The position numbers were made by a program, and so were the translations under genes. Source: an uncultured Candidatus Saccharibacteria bacterium (lineage in GTDB: Bacteria; Patescibacteriota; Saccharimonadia; Saccharimonadales; CAIOMD01). Taken from it: a stretch of 64,000 nucleotides of DNA. The notes under the pieces were generated by a model. It was not told where the DNA came from. It searched no databases and saw nothing but the letters and a program-made list of their open reading frames with translations. Shown piece after piece: positions 48,213 to 56,944 of this stretch. Each line of letters opens with the position of its first letter. The first letter of the stretch is position 1. Where the stretch lies: positions 644,284-708,283 of the forward strand of contig OY970318.1 of NCBI GenBank assembly GCA_963716565.1, read 5' to 3'.

Positions 48213-49321
48213 ATGAAAAAATCACTGCGTACAGTTCTTAACTTTTTCTCGTCTTAATGCCAAGCGGTTCTTTAGGGACAAGCTGGCTATTTTCTTCACC
48301 ATTATCTTCCCGCTGATATTTTTACTGATTTTCGGTCTGATGTATAAGAGCAATGCCAGCATATCTTTTAAAGTTGCTCTTATAAATGAATCTAGCAGTT
48401 CTTACTGCTCAATCGTTTGTTGAGCAGTCTGCTCAGAATAAGTTATTAAAAATTGATAAAAATATTACCTCACTCGATGGTGCCGATGAAAAAATGATGC
48501 GTGGCGAGCTTGATGCTACTTTAGTATTGCCGCAAGATTTCGGCCAGACAAAAAACAGCGCTTCTCCTTCTGGCCAGTTGCAAGTTTATTACAACGAAAA
48601 CGCTGCCCAGGCCGCCCAGACATTGGCTTCGGTGCTGCAGGAGCAGTTTAAGGCCATTAATTCCCAATTTACAGACATAGAAATGCCATTTAGCGTAGCC
48701 ACCGTTTCTACAAATAAAAGTGGCTCCAAGCCTTTTGATTTTGCCTTTGCCGGCTTGTTGGGTTTTTCGATCATTGGCTTGGGTATCTTTGGGCCGGTCA
48801 ATGTGTTCCCGGAGCTTAAAAAACAGGGTATTTTGCGCCGCTTGCATACAACTCCAATTAAAGTTTGGCAGTATTTCTTGTCTAATGTGCTGTCTCAGAT
48901 CTTAATCGGCATTATTGCCATAGCTATTTTATTTGCCTTTGCCGTAACTGTTTTTGATTTAAAAATGGCTGGGAACTTCTTTGGCTTTACGGCTTTTGTG
49001 TTGCTGGGTATTTTTACTATTTATGGCATTGGCTTGGCGGTCGGTGGCTGGGCTAAGAACGAACGGCAGGCTGCGCCGTTGGCCAACCTAGTAGTGTTCC
49101 CAATGATGTTTTTATCTGGTACATTCTTTCCGCGTTTTTTGATGCCAGATTGGATACAGCATATTTCTGGCTACTTACCGTTAACACCGGTAATTGATGG
49201 TATCCGGCTAATCGTAACCGAAGGTAAGGGGTTGTTAGAAATCGGTCCGCAGATTGGCTTGGTGGCAATCTGGGCAGTTGTTATTTATATTATTGCTTTT
49301 CGCGTGTTCCGCTGGGAATAG
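48213..49321 (+). pseudogene. ABC-2 type permease, interrupted by two 1-nt insertions
   Basis: MKKSLRTVLNFF (ATG 48213) shifts at the T-run 48243-47 into ...RLNAKRFFRDKLAIFFTIIFPLIF...ALINESS. It shifts again between 48386 and 48423 into the 311-aa ORF, which carries the ABC-2 membrane domain. Confidence 0.7.
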
Positions 49322-49353
49322 ACAACCACCACATATGATGCTATAACAATAGT

Positions 49354-50076
49354 ATGACTGGCGATATACATTTTGATCGCGATCCTGCCGGCAAAGGTGA
49401 TATTGGTGGTCCGGAGCCATCGAGTGTCTACAGTTGGGATGAATATGGTCCCGAGCCCGAGTTTATTTATTTTCCAGAAAGTGTTCCGGAGCCAGATCAA
49501 GAAAGAACAATGCCGTTGTTTAGCGACAAAGGTGCCGAAAAGGCTTTAGTGGGCAAAGAGGCTAGGCGAGAGGATGAGTTAGACTTGATAGGTTGGGTTA
49601 AATTCCGCTACCCGTTCTTTTTTAGAGATCTGCAGGCAGTCCAAAACCATGTCACCGGCCACAATGTTGTTACAGAAGGTGCTCCTGATACAGGAGAGGG
49701 CCAAGTTGTTCCCACAGAAGACGCTTCCGACGAAGTAGTTGAGAGCAAGCTAGAGATGAATCAAGAACAAAAAGAAGAATTTGGTAGGTTGATGGATATG
49801 GGTCAATTCGGCGCAGTAGAAGCCGAACAAAAGGCAAGGGCAAAATATCCCGCAAAAAAAGATATTCTACCTGTGCAAGAAATTGTGCCCGATAACATCT
49901 CGAGTTTTGTTGAGGAAATTAGAGGGCATTGTTTGTCGGAAGAATATGGCAATCTAAATGGTATGTGTGCCCGTATAGTCTCGGCAAGCTCAAGAAAAGA
50001 GATATCTACAGTTGAGGCCGAAGTATTGTTGCGCCTTATTGGTCGCTGTCTTCCCCCTAGCCCAGAATCAAGTTAA
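49354..50076 (+). CDS. acidic hypothetical protein
   Basis: 240-aa, Pro/Glu-rich ORF. No family recognised. Confidence 0.45.
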   Translation: MTGDIHFDRDPAGKGDIGGPEPSSVYSWDEYGPEPEFIYFPESVPEPDQERTMPLFSDKGAEKALVGKEARREDELDLIGWVKFRYPFFFRDLQAVQNHVTGHNVVTEGAPDTGEGQVVPTEDASDEVVESKLEMNQEQKEEFGRLMDMGQFGAVEAEQKARAKYPAKKDILPVQEIVPDNISSFVEEIRGHCLSEEYGNLNGMCARIVSASSRKEISTVEAEVLLRLIGRCLPPSPESS

Positions 50077-50087
50077 GATGGTAGCTA

Positions 50088-51044
50088 GTGCAAAATCTTA
50101 TAAATAATTTATCGAAACCATTCTTTGTATTGGCGCCAATGGACGATGTTACCGACACCGTCTTCCGCCAGATTATTGCTAGTTGTGCTAAACCGGATTT
50201 ATTTGTTACCGAATTCGTAAATGTGGATGGCTTGCAAAGCCCCGGCCGAAACAAATTATTGCCAAAACTGCAATTTAGTTCTAAAGAGCGTCCCATCTTT
50301 GCCCAAATCTGGGGCAAACAGCCACAAAATTACCTTAAGACAGCTTCTGAGCTAGTTAAGATGGGTTTTAGCGCCGTCGATGTGAATATGGGCTGTCCTG
50401 ATAAATCCGTGGTTAAAAACGGTTGTGGCTCGGCTTTAATAAATAATCGCGAGCTAGCGGCCGAAATAATTGCGGCTACTAAAAAAGGCGTGGCTGGTAA
50501 AGTGCCGGTTAGCGTTAAAATCCGCACTGGCTTTAATAAAGTAGATTTTAGCTGGCCAGAGTTTATCTTAAGCCAAGGCGTAGATATGCTAACCGTACAC
50601 GGGCGTACTACCAAAGAAATGAGCAAAGTGCCAGCCCGCTGGGAAGATATTGGTAAAATCCGTGAAATGCGCGATAAAATTGCGCCTAATACTCTAATTG
50701 TTGGCAACGGCGACGTTGTGAACCGTCAGCAAGGCGAAGAACTAGCTAAAAAGTATAAATTAGATGGCATTATGATTGGCCGTGGCGCTTTGGCTAACCC
50801 GTTTGTATTTGCCAAAACCGATGAATGGGCAGAACTCATATCCAAGCAGAAAATTGAGCTTTATAAAAAACACGTTGAGCTATTTGCCAAAACTTGGCCC
50901 AACGGCGAACGTTCTATTCAAACCCTTAAAAAATTCGCCAAAGCCTACATTAACGGGTTCGATGGTGCATCTGATTTGCGAGCTAAAATTATGCAACAAG
51001 ATTCGCTAAACGATATGCTAAAAGCACTCGAGCCTCTGCTATGA
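50088..51044 (+). CDS. dus: tRNA-dihydrouridine synthase
   Basis: 318 aa. Dus TIM-barrel pattern (LAPMDDVTDTVFR, DVNMGCP, VKIR, HGRT). Non-ATG start. Confidence 0.85.
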   Translation: MQNLINNLSKPFFVLAPMDDVTDTVFRQIIASCAKPDLFVTEFVNVDGLQSPGRNKLLPKLQFSSKERPIFAQIWGKQPQNYLKTASELVKMGFSAVDVNMGCPDKSVVKNGCGSALINNRELAAEIIAATKKGVAGKVPVSVKIRTGFNKVDFSWPEFILSQGVDMLTVHGRTTKEMSKVPARWEDIGKIREMRDKIAPNTLIVGNGDVVNRQQGEELAKKYKLDGIMIGRGALANPFVFAKTDEWAELISKQKIELYKKHVELFAKTWPNGERSIQTLKKFAKAYINGFDGASDLRAKIMQQDSLNDMLKALEPLL

Positions 51045-51051
51045 TAAAAAG

Positions 51052-52014
51052 ATGAAAAAAATCGAAGATATAAAAACAGTTGCCATAATCGGCGGCGGTC
51101 ATATGGGTAGCGGTATTGCTATGGTTTTTGCCAGCGCTGGCTACCAGGTTAATCTTTTTAGTCGCACGGCCGAAACTTTGCAAGAGGCTATGCAGGTTAT
51201 GAAGAGTGATCTTGCCTTTTTAGCCGAACGTGGTTTAGGCAAATTAGAAGAAGTTGATGCAACTCTAGCCAGAGTCAATTGTACCCAAGACATGGAAGCG
51301 GCTGCCAAAGATGCCGATTATGTGTTGGAGTGTGTGGCCGAAAATATGGAACTCAAGCAGAATATTTTTAAGCAGTTAGACGAGATCTGTAAGCCAGATG
51401 CCATTATTGCTACTAACACTTCTGTTATGAGCCCTACCGAAATTGCCAGCAAATCTGAGCACCGCGAGAGAATGCTAGCTACTCACTGGTGGCATCCGCC
51501 ATTCTTAATTCCACTAGTAGAAGTGGTACAAACCGCCGAAACGGCCGATTGGGTAATTGATGTAACCATGCAGCTGCATAAAGCTATTGGCAAGCGCCCT
51601 ATTCATGTCAAAAAAGACGTGCCAGGTTTTGTAGCTAATCGCTTACAGCATGCCCTAAAAAGGGAAGCGATATCAATCGTGGAGCGTGGCATTGCCGATG
51701 CCGAAACGGTAGACGAAAGTATAAAATACAGCTTTGGGATGCGTTTGCCGGTGGTTTCTACGCTAGAAAATTCCGACATGGTTGGGCTAGATTTAACCCT
51801 ATCGATTCACGAGTATTTGTTGAAACACTTAGAAGATTCGCACGAGCCGTCGCCGTTATTAAAAGAAAAAGTCGCCAAGGGCGAACTGGGCTTTAAAACG
51901 GGTGGCGTAGGCTTTAAAAAATGGACACCCGAAGAGCAAGAAACCTTGCGTAACGCCATGCTCGAAGATCTCACCAAAAGAGTTTTAGAAATACGTAAGA
52001 ATCAGCAAGTCTAG
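51052..52014 (+). CDS. 3-hydroxyacyl-CoA dehydrogenase family protein
   Basis: 320 aa. N-terminal VAIIGGGHMGSGIA NAD-binding motif and a 3HCDH N+C domain pattern (TNTS, PGFVANR). Confidence 0.75.
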   Translation: MKKIEDIKTVAIIGGGHMGSGIAMVFASAGYQVNLFSRTAETLQEAMQVMKSDLAFLAERGLGKLEEVDATLARVNCTQDMEAAAKDADYVLECVAENMELKQNIFKQLDEICKPDAIIATNTSVMSPTEIASKSEHRERMLATHWWHPPFLIPLVEVVQTAETADWVIDVTMQLHKAIGKRPIHVKKDVPGFVANRLQHALKREAISIVERGIADAETVDESIKYSFGMRLPVVSTLENSDMVGLDLTLSIHEYLLKHLEDSHEPSPLLKEKVAKGELGFKTGGVGFKKWTPEEQETLRNAMLEDLTKRVLEIRKNQQV

Positions 52015-52026
52015 CTTTTGGCAATC

Positions 52027-52055
52027 TTGACTATCTGCTAGCAACAGAGTAGAAT
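52027..52055 (+). promoter_or_regulatory. sigma70-type promoter upstream of the tRNA(CAU) pair
   Basis: TTGACT (52027-32), 17-nt spacer, TAGAAT (52050-55). I see no comparable promoter directly upstream of the intact copy at 52220. Confidence 0.55.
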
Positions 52056-52069
52056 TGGCTTTGCCTCAA

Positions 52070-52194
52070 TGCGGGGTAGAGCAGTGGCAGCTCGTGTGGC
52101 TCATAATCGAGCGTTTAGCGAGATTATATGACGAGCCCAAGGCAACGGCTTAAATAAAGTTGCCCTGGCGCGAAGCTATATAACCACAAGGTCG
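52070..52194 (+). pseudogene. truncated, interrupted copy of the initiator-like tRNA(CAU)
   Basis: 52070-52106 is identical to 52220-52256 (tRNA nt 1 through the anticodon loop). A 73-nt insert (52107-52179) is flanked by ATAA on both sides. 52180-52194 is identical to 52253-52267. No T arm or 3' acceptor strand. Confidence 0.75.
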
Positions 52195-52219
52195 CATTAG
52201 CACTTTTTACAAACTATAT

Positions 52220-52294
52220 TGCGGGGTAGAGCAGTGGCAGCTCGTGTGGCTCATAACCACAAGGTCGTAGGTTCGAATCCTACCCCCGCGACCA
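52220..52294 (+). tRNA. tRNA-Met (anticodon CAT), initiator-like
   Basis: Manual cloverleaf. The sequence closely parallels E. coli tRNA-fMet (GCGGGG...GCAGCTCG...GGCTCATAACC...AAGGTCG.AGGTTC.AATCC...CCCCGC), with a weak U1-G72 pair and encoded CCA. Confidence 0.85.
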
Positions 52295-52330
52295 AGAATA
52301 AAGACTCATCTTTTGATGGGTCTTTATTCT
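52295..52330. terminator. long hairpin / bidirectional terminator
   Basis: AGAATAAAGAC-TCATC-tttt-GATGG-GTCTTTATTCT, between the tRNA (+) and the stop of the 52332 gene (-). Confidence 0.7.
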
Positions 52331-52331
52331 A

Positions 52332-52769
52332 TTAGTCTCTGTTTAAAAAGAAATTGAACCAGGCTTGCCAATTTTGGATGATTCTTGGGGTTGAGCTAAC
52401 CTTGGCAGCCGCCACTTCTTCTGGTGTGGCAATATCGGGGTGGGTGTATCTGTTGGCTACTTCGGTTGGCACAGATATGAATTGTTCGCCGGGCAAGGCC
52501 TTGCCAAAGTACTTACGAGCTGCTAATTCTATAAAGGCATCGGTTTTGTAATATTGGTTTTTTAAGGCCATATTTACGGTTTCTTGTTCTAAAACTCCAA
52601 CTTCTTGGCCCAAAGCGCTAATTTGTCTTTCTATTTCATAATTCTTTTGAATAGCTTTTATACTGCTCCAGGTAACCGATAAAGTAACGATTAATAAGAT
52701 GTAAAGCCCAACATTACGGACGTCTAGCAGGGTTTTAAGTGTTTGGTTATTTTTGATTTTTTTAAGCAT
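52332..52769 (-). CDS. septum formation initiator (FtsB/DivIC family) protein
   Basis: 145 aa. N-terminal TM helix followed by a coiled coil (IERQISALGQEVGVLEQE...) and YIE-like ARKYFG. Confidence 0.7.
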   Translation of the reverse strand: MLKKIKNNQTLKTLLDVRNVGLYILLIVTLSVTWSSIKAIQKNYEIERQISALGQEVGVLEQETVNMALKNQYYKTDAFIELAARKYFGKALPGEQFISVPTEVANRYTHPDIATPEEVAAAKVSSTPRIIQNWQAWFNFFLNRD

Positions 52770-52789
52770 CTTTTTACATTATAACAATT

Positions 52790-52819
52790 TTGTAAAACTC
52801 ACCTCTGTTTTGTTATACT
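52790..52819 (+). promoter_or_regulatory. promoter candidate for tRNA(CAU) 52852
   Basis: TTGTAA (52790-95), 18-nt spacer, TATACT (52814-19). Confidence 0.4.
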
Positions 52820-52834
52820 TACTAACTGAAAGAG

Positions 52835-52940
52835 TTTAAAAAACTGATGACGGGGGCGTAGCTCAGTGGTTAGAGCAGTTGGCTCATAACTAATTGGTCG
52901 CAGGTTCAAGTCCTGCCGCCCCCACCATCAGTTTTTTAAA
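52835..52940. repeat. perfect 15-nt inverted repeat bracketing the tRNA
   Basis: TTTAAAAAACTGATG (52835-49) and CATCAGTTTTTTAAA (52926-40). The right arm starts inside the CCA end. Confidence 0.8.
52852..52927 (+). tRNA. tRNA with CAT anticodon (elongator Met or Ile2/lysidine)
   Basis: Manual cloverleaf: acceptor GGGGGCG/CGCCCCC, D arm GCTC..GAGC, anticodon loop CTCATAA, T arm GCAGG-TTCAAGT-CCTGC, encoded CCA. Confidence 0.85.
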
Positions 52941-52942
52941 TC

Positions 52943-52971
52943 AAAAAGCTCCTCTTGCGAGGAGCTTTTTT
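52943..52971. terminator. bidirectional intrinsic terminator
   Basis: AAAAAGCTCCTC-ttgc-GAGGAGCTTTTTT. Confidence 0.8.
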
Positions 52972-52998
52972 GTTATCAATAGTTTAAAAAACTACTAA

Positions 52999-53305
52999 TT
53001 ATCTGCGGAAAGATCCGCCACGGTTGCCACCACCAAAGTCTTGGCGGGGTCGGTCTTCGCGTGGGCGAGCTTCGTTTACAACGATATCGCGACCATCGAG
53101 GTCCTTACCATTCATAGCGGCTTCAGCAGCTTTGCCTTCAGCGTCATCTTCAAACTCCACAAAGCCAAAACCTTTAGAACGGCCACTGTCGCGATCTTTC
53201 ACAACAGTTGCGCTAACGATTTTGCCGTAAGGAGCAAAAGCAGCTTCTAAGGCTAGCGTCATCGGTAGCCCATGCTAGACTGCCAATAAATAACTTGTAT
53301 GCCAT
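52999..53305 (-). pseudogene. RRM-type RNA-binding protein with a +1-nt frameshift near codon 20
   Basis: ATG 53305 encodes MAYKLFIGSLAWATDDASL (RNP2 LFIGSL), then hits a stop after a frame change. The ORF from 53262 carries the rest (EAAFAPYGKIVSA...KGFGFVEF RNP1). Removing one base at ~53248 restores a canonical RRM. Confidence 0.7.
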
Positions 53306-53477
53306 ATTGTTTCAATTTACCTTCTTGTTCTTAACTAACCGCAAGACGACCTCGTCTGTTCTCGCACCTTAAGATCCTTGCGGCCTAAGAAGAGACAAAA
53401 CCTTGCTACGCGTAAGTAAAGCATATTTTAGGTAAATAAACAATAGAGGTTACGGAGTGATGAATAATGGCTCGTTG

Positions 53478-54029
53478 CTAAGATTGCGGGTTGGCTTTTA
53501 GGTACTTTTCCATCATTACGTCGTAGCCGTCGGTTTCTTCATCTGTTTTATCAATGCCAAGTTCGTTTAAAAGTGCCCAGAGTTCGGCAATAACAGTTGC
53601 ATTATCGGCATCGCGGCCCATGATTTTTTCTACTTCAATAAAAGTTCCAAGTCGCTCAACCTTATCAAAACAGATCTCTAAATCGCCAAACTTAGCTTTT
53701 TGCCTAATTTTTGTAAGGTCAGAGTAGGGCGCAAAGCCCATCTCATCAATAATGGCTCGCATTTCGGTTGCATCTTTTACTTCGGTCTCGTGCTCGATAT
53801 TGTCCAGCTGGCCAACCACCGAACGCTTAAGTGTAAAAAGATGTCGGTTGTCGTTCTCGGTGCGGATACGCAGCCAATTATGCTGATTGTCGTCGCCGTC
53901 AAATCCTGGAGGCCCAAAAACTTGGTCGCGTTGCTTTATGGGTGGGCTTAGTTTTATGCCCTTTGCCTCTAAAGCTTTTAGCAAGCTGGCTTCGTCGCGA
54001 ACTCTGGCTTTTATTTCAATTTCTCTCAT
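53478..54029 (-). CDS. CYTH domain protein (class IV adenylate cyclase/triphosphatase family)
   Basis: 183 aa starting MREIEIKARV (ExExK signature), with a CYTH-like beta-barrel pattern. Confidence 0.7.
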   Translation of the reverse strand: MREIEIKARVRDEASLLKALEAKGIKLSPPIKQRDQVFGPPGFDGDDNQHNWLRIRTENDNRHLFTLKRSVVGQLDNIEHETEVKDATEMRAIIDEMGFAPYSDLTKIRQKAKFGDLEICFDKVERLGTFIEVEKIMGRDADNATVIAELWALLNELGIDKTDEETDGYDVMMEKYLKANPQS

Positions 54030-54031
54030 GA

Positions 54032-54520
54032 TTATCCCTGATTAGACTTAATAATTTCAATCGCTCTAGTAATTATTCTGTCGCCGATTTTACCCCAGTC
54101 AAAATACTTTTTATAGTCCGCTGGGTTAATTAATTTAATTTCTTTAATACCTTTGGCTGGGTCGCCAGTAAATTCACCAAGCGACTCGACAATGCAAGCG
54201 TATCGAAGTTGGTAGATGTTTTCGCTGGCTGAGTATTGGTAGCCAATCGGCCAGCATTTAACAACTTGCATATTAGATTCCTCTTGGACTTCTCTTTTAA
54301 GAGTTTCTTCAAACTTTTCACCGGGCTCAACCGTGCCGCCAATTAAACCCCAATTATTTTTTTGGCCACCGAAACCAATAACTAATTTGCCATCACAAAA
54401 ACAGGCGCCATAGACTTGCCGACATTTTTCATAAGGTAACTTGTCAAAAGAATCAGCATCCTCGTAAACGATATTTATCTTTTGACCTGAATGAACAAAA
54501 CTACCCGTTATTCTCATCAT
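54032..54520 (-). CDS. NUDIX hydrolase
   Basis: 162 aa with the Nudix box GGTVEPGEKFEETLKREVQEESNM. Confidence 0.85.
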   Translation of the reverse strand: MMRITGSFVHSGQKINIVYEDADSFDKLPYEKCRQVYGACFCDGKLVIGFGGQKNNWGLIGGTVEPGEKFEETLKREVQEESNMQVVKCWPIGYQYSASENIYQLRYACIVESLGEFTGDPAKGIKEIKLINPADYKKYFDWGKIGDRIITRAIEIIKSNQG

Positions 54521-54572
54521 CCTATCTTATCACTAACTTCTATCATCCAACATCTATCGTCTATCGTCTAAA

Positions 54573-55970
54573 TCAAGCGCAGCTAATTTTGTCGGCGGCT
54601 ACACGAATAGCTTCCGACCAAGTGGGGAATGGGTGAACGGTTTTAGATATTTCGCAGGCGTGCATTTTGTGCCTGATTGCTAAGGTTAATTCCTGTAATA
54701 TTTCGCTGGCACATGGCGATACGATGCTGGCTCCTAACAAAATACCGGTGTGGGTAGCCACTAATTTTACAAAACCGTTGCTGTAATTGTTAGTTATGGC
54801 TTTGCCTATGATGCCAATTGGTGCTACAGCCGTTTGATACGGCTGCCCAGACATGATTAATTCATGTTCGTTTTTACCTACGCTGGCGATTTCTGGTGTT
54901 CCGAATAAACAGGTGGGGATGGCCGAATAATCCATAGCTATCTTTTTACGGTGGTACAAGTTATGTACAGCCACTCTGGCTTCTTGAATAGCGGCGTGAC
55001 TATGCAGGGTTTTATATTGCCCAGCCACATCGCCAACGGCGTAAATGTGCTGGCGGCTAGTTTGCATAAAATGATTTACCTGAATGCCGCTTTTAGAACA
55101 ATTCAGCCCGGTGTTCTCTATGCCAATATCGATATTTGGCATTTTACCGGTTGCAACCATGATTTCATCTGTGAATACTCGGTATTCCTTGCCGGCTTGC
55201 TTGTAAAATACGGCTTTACGGTTTTGGTCACCAACAACGCTAATTATTTGGGCCGCGGTACTAACTTTTACGTCTCTGGCTATTAAGGCTGCTTCGGCGC
55301 CATCGCTGACCTCAGTATCGTCGTAAGGCAGAATGTGGTCGCACTGTTCAATAATATGAATTTTTACACCGAATGAACTATAAATATTGGCATATTCGTA
55401 GGCTACCGCTCCGCCACCGATTATCAACAAGCTTCTTGGCAAAACTGGTGGCCGAATAGCTTGGCGGTAGGTTATAAATCCGGTTTCGGATAATCCAGGG
55501 ATCGACGGAATAATTGGGCTACTGCCAGTTGCAATAATATAGTTTTTGGCACAATAGCGTCGTTGAGCTACGTTAATTATCCAAGGGCTAATGAAATGAG
55601 CATGACCCTTAATGACCGAAATTCCCTCAGACTTGAACATAGTTGCTTCGTCGTTAAGGCCGGCGCTGGCCATGGCTTTTTCTTGCCAAGCCAAAACGCG
55701 TTGGTAATTGTAGCTAACGCCAACAACTTGTATACCGTAAACAGCTGCGTTGCGAAAAGCGTCTAGAATTTGGGCAGTTTGTAGCAATGCTTTGGTAGGC
55801 ACAGAATTACTGACTAGATTTTCGCCACCGAGTTTATGAGATTCAATTAAGGCGACTCTTTTGCCTTCTTGAGCGGCCAAATGGGCGCACAAGCCACCGC
55901 CAGCACCGCTGCCAATAACTATTAGGTCAAAATCGAATCGCTTGGGTTTTCTGGGTTTGTCTGAATACAT
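54573..55970 (-). CDS. pyridine nucleotide-disulfide oxidoreductase (dihydrolipoyl dehydrogenase-like) lacking the redox-active CxxxxC
   Basis: 465 aa. FAD motif VIGSGAGGG, a second Rossmann region (IIGGGAVAYE) and a dimerisation domain with HPFPTWSE. The expected GGTCLNxGCxPSK is GGENLVSNSVPTK. Confidence 0.75.
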   Translation of the reverse strand: MYSDKPRKPKRFDFDLIVIGSGAGGGLCAHLAAQEGKRVALIESHKLGGENLVSNSVPTKALLQTAQILDAFRNAAVYGIQVVGVSYNYQRVLAWQEKAMASAGLNDEATMFKSEGISVIKGHAHFISPWIINVAQRRYCAKNYIIATGSSPIIPSIPGLSETGFITYRQAIRPPVLPRSLLIIGGGAVAYEYANIYSSFGVKIHIIEQCDHILPYDDTEVSDGAEAALIARDVKVSTAAQIISVVGDQNRKAVFYKQAGKEYRVFTDEIMVATGKMPNIDIGIENTGLNCSKSGIQVNHFMQTSRQHIYAVGDVAGQYKTLHSHAAIQEARVAVHNLYHRKKIAMDYSAIPTCLFGTPEIASVGKNEHELIMSGQPYQTAVAPIGIIGKAITNNYSNGFVKLVATHTGILLGASIVSPCASEILQELTLAIRHKMHACEISKTVHPFPTWSEAIRVAADKISCA

Positions 55971-55979
55971 TGCTTATCC

Positions 55980-56249
55980 TTACCACATTATACGGTGATG
56001 TAAATAAAAGTAGCCAGCATGAGGTTCTAAATTAGATAAATATTTGCCTACCTCTTTGCGGATATCATGAGTAGTAACCTCGGTCTTTTTAGCCATCCAG
56101 TCATTAACATTTTTGGTAACTTGTCTGGCGATTGACTCGGCGGTGCTTTTTGGGGCGTGTACGGCTAGGCAAGAGGCATAAATACTAGCAAAAACCTTTT
56201 GTTCTTCGTAATGCTCGCTTTTGCCCGAGCGCTTAATTACATGCGTCAT
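55980..56249 (-). CDS. stand-alone ATP-cone domain protein
   Basis: 89 aa. VIKRSGKSEHYEEQKVFASI... matches the ATP-cone pattern (VIKRDGxxExFxxxKI). No zinc ribbon or RNR domain attached. Confidence 0.6.
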   Translation of the reverse strand: MTHVIKRSGKSEHYEEQKVFASIYASCLAVHAPKSTAESIARQVTKNVNDWMAKKTEVTTHDIRKEVGKYLSNLEPHAGYFYLHHRIMW

Positions 56250-56944
56250 GGCATAACTCCTATACTGCCATTGAGTATGAGCAAAATCAGCCAGCCTAAA
56301 ACTATCTGTACCAAAGACAAACTTAGGCGCATCATGGCGCCGTTATCGTTCTTCCACTTTAACAACGCGCTAATGCGAAAGCCTTTAAGTATTTGTTGGT
56401 AGATAAATATCAAAGGCAAAACCAGGCACGAAGCTGGCAATAGCATCCATTGTGGTACTTGTGGAGTTAGCAAGGCAACAATCGTGGCCAGAGCTAGAAG
56501 CTGTAAGCCAATACTGCCAAGCGATATCAAATAGGCCGACAAACTCAACACTAAGGCGCTACTGGTACTATGTTTTTTTACCGTGTGCTTGTGTAAAAAG
56601 TCGTGCCAAACAGAGGGCACTTTAAAGTGCAGCCTTGGCCAAAAATAGTTTTTTAACGAAATTGTCCCCCACAAAATAACTAAACCGCTAACTACAAGTG
56701 CGGATATTTGTAGAGCCTTGTCGGGCAGGTGCCCGAGTACAAGAACCAACACTACGCCTAGTAAGGCAGTTGCTAGCCAGTAGACTGTTAAGTAAGTAGA
56801 AGCTACATTATGAACTTTGGCTTTGGCGTGGCCCTTGCCTAAAGTGCCAGCCAACAGAGCCGAAAATACCGATAAATTAAACGGATTTAAAGATAACAAC
56901 AAGCCAACGGCAAAGAGCAGTACCAGCATATTTATACTACTCAT
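56246..56944 (-). CDS. polytopic membrane protein (DsbD/CcdA- or GAP-like topology, no conserved Cys)
   Basis: 232 aa with ~6 TM segments and a 4-nt overlap with the ATP-cone gene. The family assignment is tentative. Confidence 0.4.
   Translation of the reverse strand: MSSINMLVLLFAVGLLLSLNPFNLSVFSALLAGTLGKGHAKAKVHNVASTYLTVYWLATALLGVVLVLVLGHLPDKALQISALVVSGLVILWGTISLKNYFWPRLHFKVPSVWHDFLHKHTVKKHSTSSALVLSLSAYLISLGSIGLQLLALATIVALLTPQVPQWMLLPASCLVLPLIFIYQQILKGFRISALLKWKNDNGAMMRLSLSLVQIVLGWLILLILNGSIGVMP

Noticed and set aside
48521-49500. Cluster of 60-108-aa minus-strand ORFs over the ABC permease
   Set aside because: All are antisense to a recognisable ABC-2 membrane domain, and none has a family signature or an RBS.
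52070-52294. 150-nt periodic repeat as a CRISPR-like or tandem array
   Set aside because: There are only two units, and the repeated part is a tRNA 5' half. No cas genes are present and nothing has spacer-like structure.
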